From assembly GCF_025526975.1 (NCBI RefSeq), contig NW_026515670.1, positions 558,001 to 622,000 of the forward strand: a stretch of DNA of 64,000 nucleotides. The letters run 5' to 3'. The notes beneath the pieces are model-generated. The model was given only the letters and a program-made list of their open reading frames with translations, did no database searches and was not told the origin of the DNA. This stretch comes from Fimicolochytrium jonesii. Taxonomy: Eukaryota. A program made the translations under genes and the position numbers. Shown here one piece after another: positions 50,432 through 63,082 of the stretch (its first letter is position 1; the number at the start of each line of letters is the position of its first letter).

Positions 50432-51822
50432 CACGGCCCCTGTTTATAGTGTTTGAAGTTTCTTGAGACCAAGCTGATGCCGGGGATGGTCGTTTCTCAG
50501 GCTGATCCTTTGAAAACACTCTTGCGCCAAATCGCTCTAATGTTTCGTTTGTCAGATGCCTGGGTGCTTTCGTCACCTCGAAAGACGAATGGAAGACTGC
50601 GTTCACAGAAGAAAAACCGGGTCTGGATCCTAAGGGCACCTGCCTGTCCTCCTCGTCGTTGCTAGGAAGGCAGGAGAAGGATGGGCCGGGCGGGTCTGGA
50701 AGCGACGGTTGATCTTTTATGGGGAATGGCTGTGCCCTTTCTGTCTGGGCTGGCGTTGATCCGGTCCTCGCGCTCCGGCAGCGACTCCCATTGCGTCCCA
50801 TACTATTTCACGCCGATTCCATGGGGCCCTCACACCAGGCTTCGGTGCCTTTCTATCATGCAATCCACCTCTTCGGACCTACTGGGAATACCCCATCGCC
50901 GCCGGAAATGTTAACGTTGTTATGGCCATATTTGGTGCTATGAATGACCTTGCAGGGTGTGCTTGTTTGTATACAGTTGCCTCATGCATGGCAGAAATCC
51001 ATCACCGATTTGGACTGGAAATACCGATCCGATCAGGCTTCCAAGCCCTCGGGCCTCCGCGACCTGTAATGTCTTCAATCAAGAGGCTTGGATTAAGACG
51101 CCAAACACCAATCCCGCCCCGAACCGTTTCTGGGGATTCGGCAAAATGCAACCACATTATGACGTAAATCTCATTACATCTTGTGCCGTTAACCGCTGCC
51201 CAAAAAAAAAATGCAATTTGAACGATCAGCCGGCATTCCGATTCCTGCATATTCCACAGCTGCGTCTCAACATCGCACCGACCCAATCCCGAGGACGCGA
51301 TTCCATGTCCCACTGCCCCTGAAAAGGGACGAGATATCGATGTGTGCAGTGACAGGGCAAAGGTAGTATCCGTCGACGACCATGTGTATGAGCGGCCTCT
51401 CCTGATGAAAACCGATGCGGAGTTCGTCCGCCGACGACCAGCCTCATCAGCAGCCTGGGTGAGGGTTGTGCGCTCCTCCTTCCAAACCGACTCGTCCTGG
51501 TTCAAATCAAGGGCTGACTCGTACGATGTGGCAGATGGACCTTGCATTTGCGGAACATTAACAGCGGCGCACATCAAGAAGAATCGCATGCAAGAGGTGG
51601 GGAACACCGCCGCATTCTTCTAACAACGGCTCAGTAGTTGCATATCAGTTGTCTGTTCAGATGCTGTTCACGGAACGTCACCGCGAGGAAAAAAGGGAGC
51701 GAACGGGGAAAAAGAAGGGGATGGCAGGAGTGGCAAGATTTTACATGCAAAGGCGCTGTCACGGGGAAAAGCAAATGACAACAAAGGATTATGAGACTAA
51801 TTGTGTTTGGCCTTTATCAAAT

Positions 51823-51906
51823 CCGGCCATAGCTCAGCTGGAAGAGCATCAGACTGTAACGCAAGCTGTAATCTGGGTGTCCCCAGTTCGATCCTGGGTG
51901 GCCGGA
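51823..51906 (+). tRNA. tRNA-Tyr(GUA) with 11-nt intron (51860-51870)
   Basis: Same sequence as the copy at 25002-25085. An oligo-T Pol III terminator follows at ~51914-51920. Confidence 0.95.
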
Positions 51907-52328
51907 CGATATCTTTTTTTGTATTTGGAATAGGTTCCCTCGATTTTTCGCGGAATTCGAGAAGACCTTGTTCAAAAGAGTCACGCACGAGCTTCTATGC
52001 CCAACGATTCATTCCGGCTTGAGTCCTCAACAGAATCACTCAAGTGCTTGTCTCCAGTATCAGTCCGTTCACAGCTCCGAGGATCGGCGAACCTCGTTGG
52101 AATCGGCAGTCAAGATCGACGGCCAATTTTGGGTTTGGACAATCTTCCTTCGACTGGAGGGGCTTCGTGCATCCCTCGTCTGGGTTGCCCACTTCGCATA
52201 CTGCCGGCCGAGGAAATCGAGGCCCCCCGCAGGAGGTCACGGATGACACGGGAAAGGAACGACAGGGGCAGGAGTTTGAAAGGTCGAGAGCGCTGGCCAT
52301 CCCGCTCGTGTTCGGCTAGCCGCCCGGG

Positions 52329-54827
52329 ATGGTGTTGGTCGTAGCTCTCACTCGTTCCAGCGCCTGCAGAGCGCTGATATTACGATGTACCTCCCCAATC
52401 TCTTCTGACCAGAACCGACATATCCGGTCAAGCGCTCGCAGCGTCATTTACGACCCGATATCTCACCTGCGAAGGCGTCTAGATGCCCACCAGCGGCTCC
52501 TGAATCCGCATAATTACATTCGCGCCTGGCAAATCCTAGGGAGGGTAATGAAGGATACTCGATACGCCAAGCAGTTGACTTTGGAAGACTTGCAGAAAGC
52601 TTTTTGGGCGACTCGCAGATGCGTAACGCTCACAGGAGTTGAAAAGCTTCGCCGGGTTCAGGAGGTGATAGGCCGGCTACCGAGATCTGACTCGATGCGC
52701 AAAGGCGTGTTTTACCCTGAGCTTGCCCTCGAGCCCATTTCGAAGAATGGCGTTTGTTTGTCGGACGTCGTAGCAAGATCGGAAGCTATGCCTCTAAGCG
52801 CCTACCGAGCAACACTGAAAATTTATGGCAATGAGCCTACTAGGGAGAATTTCGAACAAGTTTGGACGACATTCGACCGAGTACTGACCCCGTCGATCCA
52901 CCGCGGCGCACAGTGGAACGATGTTCAGTCCCCTAGCATGCGGGACATTCATGCTATGCTCTCCATCATCAAGCGCTTCACATCTCTGGCGGCCGGAGAG
53001 CGCTTAGGCCGCACGCGAGCCGTTTTACGTAAAATGCGGCGTATGGGGCTATCCTGGGATACATACTGCTATCAAGTCTTTCTGGTAGCTTCTGTGCATC
53101 ATATCAAACTGTCGGAGTTTGATCAGATACTTTCGCGCATGCTCGATCAGCAATTGAGACCTGGATTGACTTTCTACTCTGCTGTGATAGAGGCGTTGGT
53201 GCGGATCGGAAGATACCGCGAGGCTATCCGGATTTATCTTAGAATGCTGGATAGTGGAATTGATGCAGACAATTATTTGCTATGCATCATGATGAGGGCT
53301 TTTCACTCAATTGGGGATACCAGTAACGTTGCGCATGTGGTCCAGCTCGCCAATGCAGGATCTTCTCGGTACACTTCAAAGGAGCGTCTTCAGACAGTCC
53401 GGCAATTGGCCTCGCTCGGGCTCCAAAAGGCGGTCAAGGAGTTCACTCGCAGATGCTCGTCAAACGACAAAGCACTGAGGGCAGCGCTGGGCACTCAATC
53501 CTCATTCTTGGCGAAAAAGCAACACAGAATCCGCAACCGCGTGCGATTCGTCAAAAGCTCGTGGTTTCACTTCACAAGATCTGCTCTATGGGAAAAGCCA
53601 GATTCATTCGGAATTAACGTTCGTTTGAAGCAGTTATACGTCCAGCACATCACACAGCAGACACGCACCCCATCCAAGGCGCTCCGCGAATTGATTTATG
53701 CGGGCTACAGGCCACCTGCTGGCACCGTCATGTTGATTGCGTCGAACTACGCGAAACGGCAGAGATTTCAAGAGGCGCATACTTGGGACAAATTCGGGAG
53801 GCGATTGGGTTATCCCGTCGATGTCAGGGTGATTTACGCTCTGATATCGGCATACGCACGGGCTGGGAATCGGGAACATGCCTACGTGCTGATTGAGCGT
53901 ATTCGCAGCCAGAATTTGAGTATGGCTAGAATTCCGTTCGGGCCGCTGATAGCGATGGAAGCCCGTATGCGACTCGAACCGGAGGACGATGCAGAGACTA
54001 AAGTGTCGGCGGAGGAGGACCAGTGGGCGGCGATCCGATCCCTAGCAGCAGAAGCACGGTTGCAGATGTCGCACCGCGCCTTACTTGTGGAATGGAAGTT
54101 CGCTGCACATGAGTTGATCCGGTCCGAGCGGTTCACGCATGTACAAGCTGTCCATGCGATTCTGTTCCCGCCACGTACCAAAAATCGAGCTGCGGCATCT
54201 GGTCTTTGGTTCCGACATGCGCTGGAAGGCTTCCTGGTGACGCAGGAGCACGCGCAAGGCTGCGAGTTCTTCCGACTCGCCGTGAAGTCATTCCCAAATC
54301 TGGAATTGAGCGAGAGGTCATTGGCGGTCTATCTTCTACTTCAACCCTCACTGAAAGAGCTCAAAACGGCTGTCGATGAAGTGATTGAGATCCGAAAACG
54401 CTCCAAGACCCGTTTGTTACCGAATGACAGCCTTCGCGACTCAACACATACCCCACTCAGTGGGAACGGCACGGACCCGGTTCACTCCCCTCTTACGCCC
54501 AGCCTCTACGGGTCATTTATCCAACAAATGATTCGATTGCACGACTCGCGGGACCGCTCCACCATCTCTCTTGCGACCGATCTGAAAGGGATGGAGCAGA
54601 TGGGTGTGCAACCGAACCGGACAACGTATTTCAGGATGTTGCGCGTGTTGAGGCAATCGGGCCATTATGCGGAGGCGAGCGCGATCGAGACTTTCCTGCG
54701 GCGGGAGTCGAGGGAGATTGGTGACATGGTGTCGGAATCGATTGTGAGGGGGCCGGTGGCGGGGGAGATGCACAGACAGCATGGAAGATGGCAACGGTTT
54801 GTCGACACAGAGTTACTCGATGATTGA
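52329..54827 (+). CDS. Pentatricopeptide-repeat (PPR) protein, probably mitochondrial
   Basis: 832-aa intronless ORF with PPR-like units (MRRMGLSWDTYCYQVFL, PGLTFYSAVIEALVRIGRYREAIRIYLRM, MEQMGVQPNRTTYFRMLR). Arg/Ser-rich N-terminus. Confidence 0.85.
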   Translation: MVLVVALTRSSACRALILRCTSPISSDQNRHIRSSARSVIYDPISHLRRRLDAHQRLLNPHNYIRAWQILGRVMKDTRYAKQLTLEDLQKAFWATRRCVTLTGVEKLRRVQEVIGRLPRSDSMRKGVFYPELALEPISKNGVCLSDVVARSEAMPLSAYRATLKIYGNEPTRENFEQVWTTFDRVLTPSIHRGAQWNDVQSPSMRDIHAMLSIIKRFTSLAAGERLGRTRAVLRKMRRMGLSWDTYCYQVFLVASVHHIKLSEFDQILSRMLDQQLRPGLTFYSAVIEALVRIGRYREAIRIYLRMLDSGIDADNYLLCIMMRAFHSIGDTSNVAHVVQLANAGSSRYTSKERLQTVRQLASLGLQKAVKEFTRRCSSNDKALRAALGTQSSFLAKKQHRIRNRVRFVKSSWFHFTRSALWEKPDSFGINVRLKQLYVQHITQQTRTPSKALRELIYAGYRPPAGTVMLIASNYAKRQRFQEAHTWDKFGRRLGYPVDVRVIYALISAYARAGNREHAYVLIERIRSQNLSMARIPFGPLIAMEARMRLEPEDDAETKVSAEEDQWAAIRSLAAEARLQMSHRALLVEWKFAAHELIRSERFTHVQAVHAILFPPRTKNRAAASGLWFRHALEGFLVTQEHAQGCEFFRLAVKSFPNLELSERSLAVYLLLQPSLKELKTAVDEVIEIRKRSKTRLLPNDSLRDSTHTPLSGNGTDPVHSPLTPSLYGSFIQQMIRLHDSRDRSTISLATDLKGMEQMGVQPNRTTYFRMLRVLRQSGHYAEASAIETFLRRESREIGDMVSESIVRGPVAGEMHRQHGRWQRFVDTELLDD

Positions 54828-55331
54828 TTGGGCTGGGACGACAGGCGCATTGATCAGCAGTTTTGGGCGTATTCGAGATGGAATCGTAATTTCGAACGCA
54901 TGGGGGGAGCGGGGCTTGGAAGTGATAGGCGGTATAAGAGTAGAATAGAATGAAAGGCAACTAGATTTTTATTATTATGAATGAAAGTGAGATATTATCG
55001 GCGGCCGTAAAAGTGATGGGATGACAGACTTTTTCACCACGAAGGAGAAAAGCAGACACGCAAACCATATGAACGAGCAGTTGTGATACGAAATATTCCA
55101 GGGTAATCCATATTAAGTTATAGCCGAAAAAGCTACACGAGGCCAATACGCCGATCGACGCCTATCCTAACCCCAACCATATGTACATCAAATGAGAGAC
55201 AAAAAGGTGATCTTTACGCGGAACCTTACGCAGATGTCAAATAAATCCGCACTTAAGTTCCCAACACGCCGTCGGTCCAAAAAACCGTTCCCATGAGGTA
55301 TATCTCTGTCAACGACCACGGGTGACTTCAA

Positions 55332-57140
55332 TCACACCTCTTCAGATATCCTTGCCTCCCTCATCCATGATGCCGTATCCGGCGACAGGACACCCAGCGG
55401 CAAGAGCTCCTGCACCGATCCCCGATCTCTTCGCCCGTTAGAGCGGCTCGAACTTGATGCACCCGTGGCTGTAGTCGCTAGGGTGTCGGCCGAGGCACCA
55501 GCACCCAGGTTATTACGCGCGGCGGATAATAATCCTCTTCTAGGCGCATGCCCCATCGTTTTCCGCCTTCCGCTCGATCTGCTGCCCAAACTCCACCCGT
55601 TCTCCTTTTCATTCTCGTTTTCTTCGTGCGTCAATACGTCGTCGTTGTGATGGCCCAACGCTCTACTCGTCCTCCCATCCATCGTCTTTGAGTGTCTCGC
55701 GACATTGCACCATATCTCCCCATCTCCATCGTCTACTAAGATGTCCGTGGTCCGCGGGCATGGTAACGATAAGGACGTCCCTGCTAAACCCGACGACAGG
55801 CCCGATATGCCTGTTGTGGCAGCGCTTCGGTTCAGGCTGCCTTGGAAGACGTCGTATTCGGCGGCGTCTCGGAGGTCGTTGATCTCCGGTTTGCCGTTTT
55901 CGTCCATACGGGGTAAGTCGGACAAGTGGCTGGTGTTGGCGGATGGGTCGGCGAGGAACCGTCGGCGCTCTGCGCGAGAGAAAGCGAAAAGGAGACTTAC
56001 TCCTCCGACCTAAGAAGATTTCGTGAAGTTAGAAAGCGTTGCCATTTCCAACAAAAAGCCCTTTCAAACGCTTGGTTAGACTCACAATGACGAGGAATCC
56101 GACCACGATGCTAGTCCCGCTAGCCACGCTCTCCAGTGAAAAGGCGTTGAACAAAATCGCGCTCGCCACAATCGTTGCCGCCGTGAAACATACATAGTAG
56201 ATCGGCGTCGTGACCGCAGCCGAAAACACGTTCAGCGTGAAATTCAGAAAATGAATCTGCATCGCACACGACAGTAAAATGAAGCCCAGTAGGATATAAA
56301 GGCGCCAGTCCTTAAACTGGGATGGTTCGGAGGGTACGGAGAGGGTGTAGACGACGGCTGAACCAAACCCTTGCGTGGCAAGGACGACAAAGGCGCCGAC
56401 TAGTGAGCAGGTGGCAATGGGAACAATGGCGTGCTTGCGACCCCAGCGTGGCATGCACCAAAAGATAAGGAAGAGAACGACGACGACGTTGATGGCAGCC
56501 CATACGAGAAAAGCTGCAGTGCAGGAAAGTTTTTAGCAACCGAAGAATAGAAGCGGAAAGATCATTTGAGAAGATGTCATACCAGGAGTAGCGACCCTCT
56601 CCACGAATGAGTCCATCGTCGTCGTCGTACTCTTCACCTCGCCGTTATTGACAACAATCAGAATCGCACCCAGCAAACACTGTGCGCAACCGACTTTCGC
56701 CGAGTACGACAGGTGCTCTTTGAGAATGACGGCAGAAAGAACGGTGCTAATCACGACCGACAGCGCTCCGAGGGGTGTGACTAGGATGGCGGGCACGAAT
56801 GCATATGCTATCATGTTGAAAACTTCTCCAAAGAGCACTACAGAGTGGGGTAATGCTATCAGTCCATACGCGAACATAAGATACTGGCGCTTGCGACAGC
56901 AGTCTCTGTTTCCAACTCACTCATTATCATTCCGACCCACCATTGCGGGTTCTTCAGATATGCGTGTCCTTCTCCCGGTTTGGTCCCGTTTGTGTTATTG
57001 CTGCTCAGTAGACCCTTCTTCTTGAAAACAAAGCTCCCTCCAATGAAGGCGGACGAAAGGAGCGCAAGCGTAATGCCCACTATTTTGTGCCAAGCGGGTG
57101 GCTCGTACCCGGCGGCTGCCGAGGGCACTCCTGCGACCAT
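55332..57140 (-). CDS. NIPA-family magnesium transporter
   Basis: Exons 56921-57140, 56583-56837, 56086-56513 and 55332-56009. Motifs: SSAFIGGSFVFKKKG, YLKNPQWWVG, AYAFVPAILVTPLGALSV, TPIYYVCFT. Confidence 0.93.
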
Positions 57141-57568
57141 TCTTCCTTGCGGAATACGCTCCTGAACTGAGGGTTTGCCTTATGCAAGCCGATATATATA
57201 CTCCCACGTTAAACGCCTGCCTGCCTGCCCAAACGGGGGTTGGCGAAAGGGCGGCCGGATGCTTTTATCGAAAGGGAAGGCCCAGCGCGCGATGATGAGA
57301 TTGCTCGGCAAATGATGTCAAGGCCCGGGCACTCGGTACGCCCGCAGCTGAGGTTGCACGCGTTGGACTCACGCTCCACTGCGCTGCTGTCATCCACACG
57401 TCGCCTCTTGCACACCACTCCAAGTGAATCCAGGGCTTGCCCGCATAGAACGTGTATAATGGCTTCCACATCTCAAAATGGTCTACGACAGGGTCTATCC
57501 CACGTAACGTATTTACATTCACATCATCCAGCCATCCGCTTTTCCGCATCCTCCAGATTCCCCACCCC

Positions 57569-59070
57569 TCACTGGATTTCGTCGTTAACCACCACCACCA
57601 CCTTCCCCGATGCCTTCCCAGACGCGATGTATTCCCCCGCTTTCCCTACTTGATCCATCAGGAAGGTCCTGTCGAGGTTCAATCTAAACTCCTCCTTCTG
57701 AAGAGCCCGGTCCACTATGTCTTGCAACGGCACTCTCGAGAGGTCCAGCTGGTTGACGTCGAATGTGGTGAGATAGACTCCCGATGGTAACAAACGCGTC
57801 GGATCGAGGGTCGCAGGGCTTTGATCTGCACCACTTGGTTGTCCAAGCGTCCCCGCCAAACAGCAGATGCCTCCCGGGGCCCTCAACGCGCTGATTGTAT
57901 CCTTCAGCGTCGTGATTCCGACCAAGTCGACTGCTTTGTCTGCACCAGCTGTGTCTATCGACGTCGCCGTATCGTTTAACATTGTGTTGAGATTGTCGCG
58001 CGATGCTGCTAATCTTCTCGAAGGAAACATCATCCGGACATCATTGGAGATGCCTCCTTCTCTGTCTAGTATCACAAAGTCGGCTCCGTTGTTCGATAGA
58101 CTAGGTGCCTTCGTTGGATCGCGCGTTGTGGATGCTATTATGGCGCCGATGGACTTTGCTATTGTCGCTACCGCCATGCCTATCGAAGAAGTTGCTCCTC
58201 TAATCAGAAGCCGATCCCCGCTTCTGGAAGCGTAATTTGCGTGAGTATGAGACGTGCAAAGAAGAGCTTTAGAAAGGTGACGAACTCGCACCTTAAGTCC
58301 AAGGCGTCTACGATTCCGAATGCGGTGATGAATGTCAGAGGGACGGCTGCGAGTTTGCTCCAAATCCCCGCATCAAGTGGCATTCCTGGTGCGGCGGGTG
58401 CTACTCGTAATGGAAACACGTTCTTAGTCGGTACCATCACGTAGCTGTGAAGGACGGATGGAAGAAGAGTGAGAAACATTATTTCCGATTCATCCGTCCG
58501 CAATTTCCTTCGTTCGTATCTGCCCACATCAATCGGGTAATCCCCGAGTGCCCGACCCTCCTTTCTCTTCTACCGCATACACCCGGCAACGATCGTAGAT
58601 TGCATCGATATGCCCGCCAAAGCCTCACTTCTTTGGCTCGTATCTCACGCGTTTTGACGCGTGGGAATGTTCGCGATCCCTCACAAGGCTCACATCCCTT
58701 CGCAGGGTGACGAGACAAGAACAAGACCTATCACAGCTTACTCTTTCCACAGCCCACCTCCAGCGCCAGCTGCATTCTCTGACAGGCTGAAACACGCGAC
58801 AGTGGCCCCAACCCTCAATCCTTTCACGGTCGGATTGCTTCCCGCGTCCTCCACAGTCCCCACACATTCTACCCCAGGCACTCTTTCCGTAGACGCATCG
58901 CTTGACGACGGGCCTACTAGTAGGTCAGCGCGGTTGATTGCGAAAGCGCGGACGCGCACCAGGACGTGGTTTGGCTTGAGGACGTTGGCGGTGACTGACG
59001 GTTTTTCGTCGGATGTGTTGGTGGATGAGATAGCTAGCTGGCCCGTTGGCGAGAGTGTGACTGAGCGCAT
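57569..59070 (-). CDS. MDR-family NADPH:quinone oxidoreductase-like protein
   Basis: About three exons. Motifs: VLVRVRAFAINRAD, VPGVECVGTV, AAVPLTFITA, LLIRGATSSIG, GKASGKVVV. Confidence 0.88.
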
Positions 59071-59436
59071 GTTGAATGATCTGCTTGCCGTCGTCTAGTA
59101 TGCGGAGCTAGGATGCAGAAGATGGGACTTCTGAGTGAACTTGTCGGTGGTCTGAGCAGGAAGTGCGGGGCGTGGCGAACGGCGACCCGTTGTGTTCTCA
59201 TGTCCGATCTGACGCGCGCGCGATCTGCTCCAAGACGCTCCCCAACTTCACTTCGGGTTTTCCCTTCTGCAGCCTCGCTCGCATCCCGTGCACTCAAAGG
59301 CAAAGTGTGCGGCGGTTTGGAGACGATACATCCATCCTTTCTCCGTAGAATTGGGCTTGGGTTATCCGAGAAACGGCGTAACACTTGGAAGCACCTGGGG
59401 ACGGCTTGAGGCCTTGCCTTTCGTTCCACTGCCACA

Positions 59437-61932
59437 ATGTCGGTCATATTTTTCCGAGGACCTCTCCTACGCCCCATTGTGAGGGGCCGGGGCCATCTCA
59501 TTCGGCGGCAATATTCTAGCTCCCTTGCACAGATAGGTGGGCGCGTCTCTACTGGTCGCTTATGGATCCCTATTGGGGCTTCCGTTCTAAAGCGTCGTCT
59601 TCGTGTCAGGGCCCCTGCCACAATACTTCCAACTGGTCTCCGAGAAGCAGCTGCGGCCGGATGAAGACCAAATGCGAGCAGTCGTCAAGCTGCAACGACT
59701 ATGCGAAACGCTGCTCGATTACCAGCCACCAACGCGTGCGATCCACTTTGAAGGGTTTGACCAACCGCCGTCAAAACCGGGCGAGGAGCTGCGAGTAGGG
59801 AACACGCGTACAAAGGATCTCGTCCATGTGGACTTGGGCGATGAGAGTTCCATTCCGAAAGGAGTGTGGATCCATGGCGAAGTCGGGTAAATCGCAAACA
59901 CCGGGATGCCATACATATGGGTGTGCCAGTACTGACCACAATGCTCTAGGACAGGTAAATCGATGGCCATGAACCTGTTCTACGAGTCGATGCCTTTGCA
60001 AAAGAAGAAACGCGTCCATTTCAACGCATTCACTGTCAGCATCTTTCGCCGGATACACAAGTGGAAGTATGTTGCCAGATGTTGATGGATGAGGAAGGCA
60101 CATGGCATCTCTCACCGAGTCTGACGCGTGAGATCTCACCAGCAACCGGACCCGCCCACATCACCTGCATGTGACCGAACTCGTGGCCCACGAGATGTTC
60201 CATGAAGCCTGGCTGCTATGCATAGATGAGTTTCAGATCACGGATGTGGCGACCGCAACTGTGATACGGCAGGTTCTTCAGCATATGTTCCGGATGGGCG
60301 CCGTGATGGTGGCAACATCGAATCGGTCACCCGATGGTATGTTTTGTTTTCAGCGGCCTTCATGAAGACCAGGAACACGACTAATGCGAGATCTTCGAAG
60401 ACCTGCACAAGGGCGGTTTCCATCGTGAACACCATAGTCCATTCATAGATCTGATCAACAAGCGATGTGACGTCGTTCATTTGCGAGGAAAGACGGACTA
60501 TAGAGAGCAGCTGTTACAACGTATGGCTCATTGATGTTCTCTTGCTGACCTGATGGCCGCTAACTGTGCATCCCCTTCATCAGAGGAGACTGCAGAGAAG
60601 AAGTTTACGGATACATACTACAGGCTGGATGATCCTGAGCAGACCGAAGCTTTCATTGAACGCGTAGCGCGGCTATTCTACGGGAAAAGGCGTAAGTGCG
60701 CACCTCGCTTTGTGCAAAGAGTCAGCAGTGCCTGATACCACCTCGACTATAGTACGGAAAGATCACTTCGAATTATATGGCAGGTCTGTGGAAATAACGA
60801 AGGCCGCAGATGGAATGGCGCTAGTGACTTTCGATGAGCTATGCGGATCGGGACCTAGGGTGGGTTTACTGCCGCAATGAATGTACCCAGCGAAACGATA
60901 GACACTCACATCTGCCTCTAAAAAGCCATGGGGACCGGCTGATTACTTGCTGTTGTGTCAGCGGTACCACACGATCGTCCTACAGTCCGTTCCAGTCCTA
61001 GGACTGGTGCAAAAAAATGAGGCCCGGCGTTTCATCACTTTCATTGATGCCGCGTATGAGAACAAGGTGCGGTGACTTCGAGGATGTGCTATGCAGCACC
61101 TCACCTTCTAACGCTCGTTATTGCATCTCAGGTGAAACTCATAATATCCGCCGAAGCGGAGCCAGACGATCTCTTCGTCACCATCGACGACCCACTAAAG
61201 ACCCCGGACGAATCTTCCGATGAATTCATGCACAAAGAAATGCTCGGGGATCTCATGGGTTTGACGCGCCGGGGTACCAACATGTCCAAGCAGGGCAAAA
61301 GTTTCGGTGAACTGTCGAAATTGGCGATCTTCACGGGAGAGGATGAGAAGTTCGCATTCAGGAGGGCTGTGAGCAGGCTGAAGGAGATGAGGACGAGCGT
61401 CTGGGCTGGGAGGAGTCATGTCCCGCAGGAGGTTGATGTTAGGCGGTCGAAGAAGGACGATGACGAGGCGGAGGACGCGAACACGTCGAAAGGGAACGCA
61501 GGATCGGCCGAGTCCCCCGAGCCAAGTTGGCGTGCCAAGCCGACCCCATCATCCCGCTCCACATCGGCAACTCCAGACCAAAACAAACACTACACACCCA
61601 CAGACGACTTCGGCGATGAAGCCTCCTACAGCGGCTACATCCGCCAATACGAAAAGTTCAACCACCTCCCTCACTCTTCCGAGCAATCCAAATCAGCCTA
61701 CGAACGATCGCAGGAGACAGCGCCTAGGTTCCGCGAGCGCCATTTTTGGAGTATGGGCGAGTGGGGAAAGAGGGCGGGGCGGTGGGGGATGGGTGTTAAG
61801 GCTTATTTGAGTGATCAGGGGGTACCTGGCAAGTGGGAGAAGGGTGCGAAGGTGACTACGGAAGATGGTGGAAAGCGGACTGAGGTAGAGGAGGTGCAAC
61901 GTATCAGGCGGAAAGGGAAAGATGAGATTTGA
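59437..61932 (+). CDS. AFG1: Mitochondrial AFG1/LACE1 (ZapE-like) ATPase
   Basis: Multi-exon. Motifs: PKGVWIHGEVGTGKS, RVHF, LCIDEFQITDVA, ATSNRSP, NEARRFITFIDAAYE, FAFRRAVSRLKEM. The N-terminus looks like a presequence. Confidence 0.93.
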
Positions 61933-63082
61933 ACAAGTCTGCTTCATCGCTTTGAAGTATTCGTGAGATCAGACGTCACAGTGTTGGATTCAGGGTAGCA
62001 CGTTGATGGAATGCTGGATTGACTGTGTAGATAGCCCGTAGTGCCTTATTGTACACTGGAGCCCGAACCACAAAGGACGTTCCCGTACGCCGGTGACCAT
62101 ACTCGTCTGAGCTACGAAGATGGATCGTTTTATGGATGCTCCACAAAAGACCTTCTTCCACCGTTCTATGAAGACGGGAGATGGGATAACCGTACCACGG
62201 AACGCTCTAAAACGCCTTGTACTTGATGTCTGATATTCGAGTACGGAAAGTATCAGCACTAGAAAGTTGGCTGTGCTTACGTTGACGCGTTAGTTTCGCG
62301 TCAAACCATGGGAACGCGTTTTTGGAGCTTCCCTTGTTGAGATGCAAACTGTCAGCAGAACACGCCCGAACTCCTAGTGATTGTATATGTAGAGATCCAC
62401 AGGGTATGCAAATCACGTATGACGCGCTGAACATAACTTCGGGCACTCGAAATCCTTTCTCATCGGACGGGTCAAGGTAAGTGGTTGCTTTCTTTGTTGC
62501 CATCGAGGTCTTTATAAGCCGCGAGGTTAGAGTTCCGCCACGCCGTCAAACACCGCTTCGTTCAGGAAACTCTTCAAAAACTCTATTCTGCAACCTCAGC
62601 ACCACCAAGCCTGACATTGCGAGGTGTATTGATCTCAACTAATTAATGTGGCACGTATAGTATGAAGGGAAGGAGCGATACGCCGGGCAGTACATACCCC
62701 ACGTAACGGGCAAGAAGGGGGTACTGCACCATGGCATACTATTCTAGTACTGAAGGCCTGACCCTAAGCAGGTGAGGCCAAGACTCTGTGGCAGGCTCCA
62801 ATGTCCTCGATCCTTTCACGGGTCCCAATCCAAAAAAAAAAGTATCGCGCAAAATATGCTTGTTCACGTCCATCGTGCCTGCTTGTAATCACATGCGTCG
62901 TGCGCTCACGGTCATCCGTGGGAGCGCGAAAAGATCGTGGAAGCGCGGCGAGTGTCCGGACGCTTCAGACGTGGTTAGACCTCTAATAGGGTCCTGCCCA
63001 CGGCCTGCGCCTACAATTCTAGGTCCTCCAGCGCCGAATGATACAAATCCCCTTCCGAATCCACACTCAGGTCCTCCGGTTC

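Noticed and set aside
61390..61932. C-terminal extension of AFG1 with a Trp/Gly-rich motif
   Set aside because: I recall similar tails in other fungal AFG1 proteins, so it is probably not novel; this was not verified.
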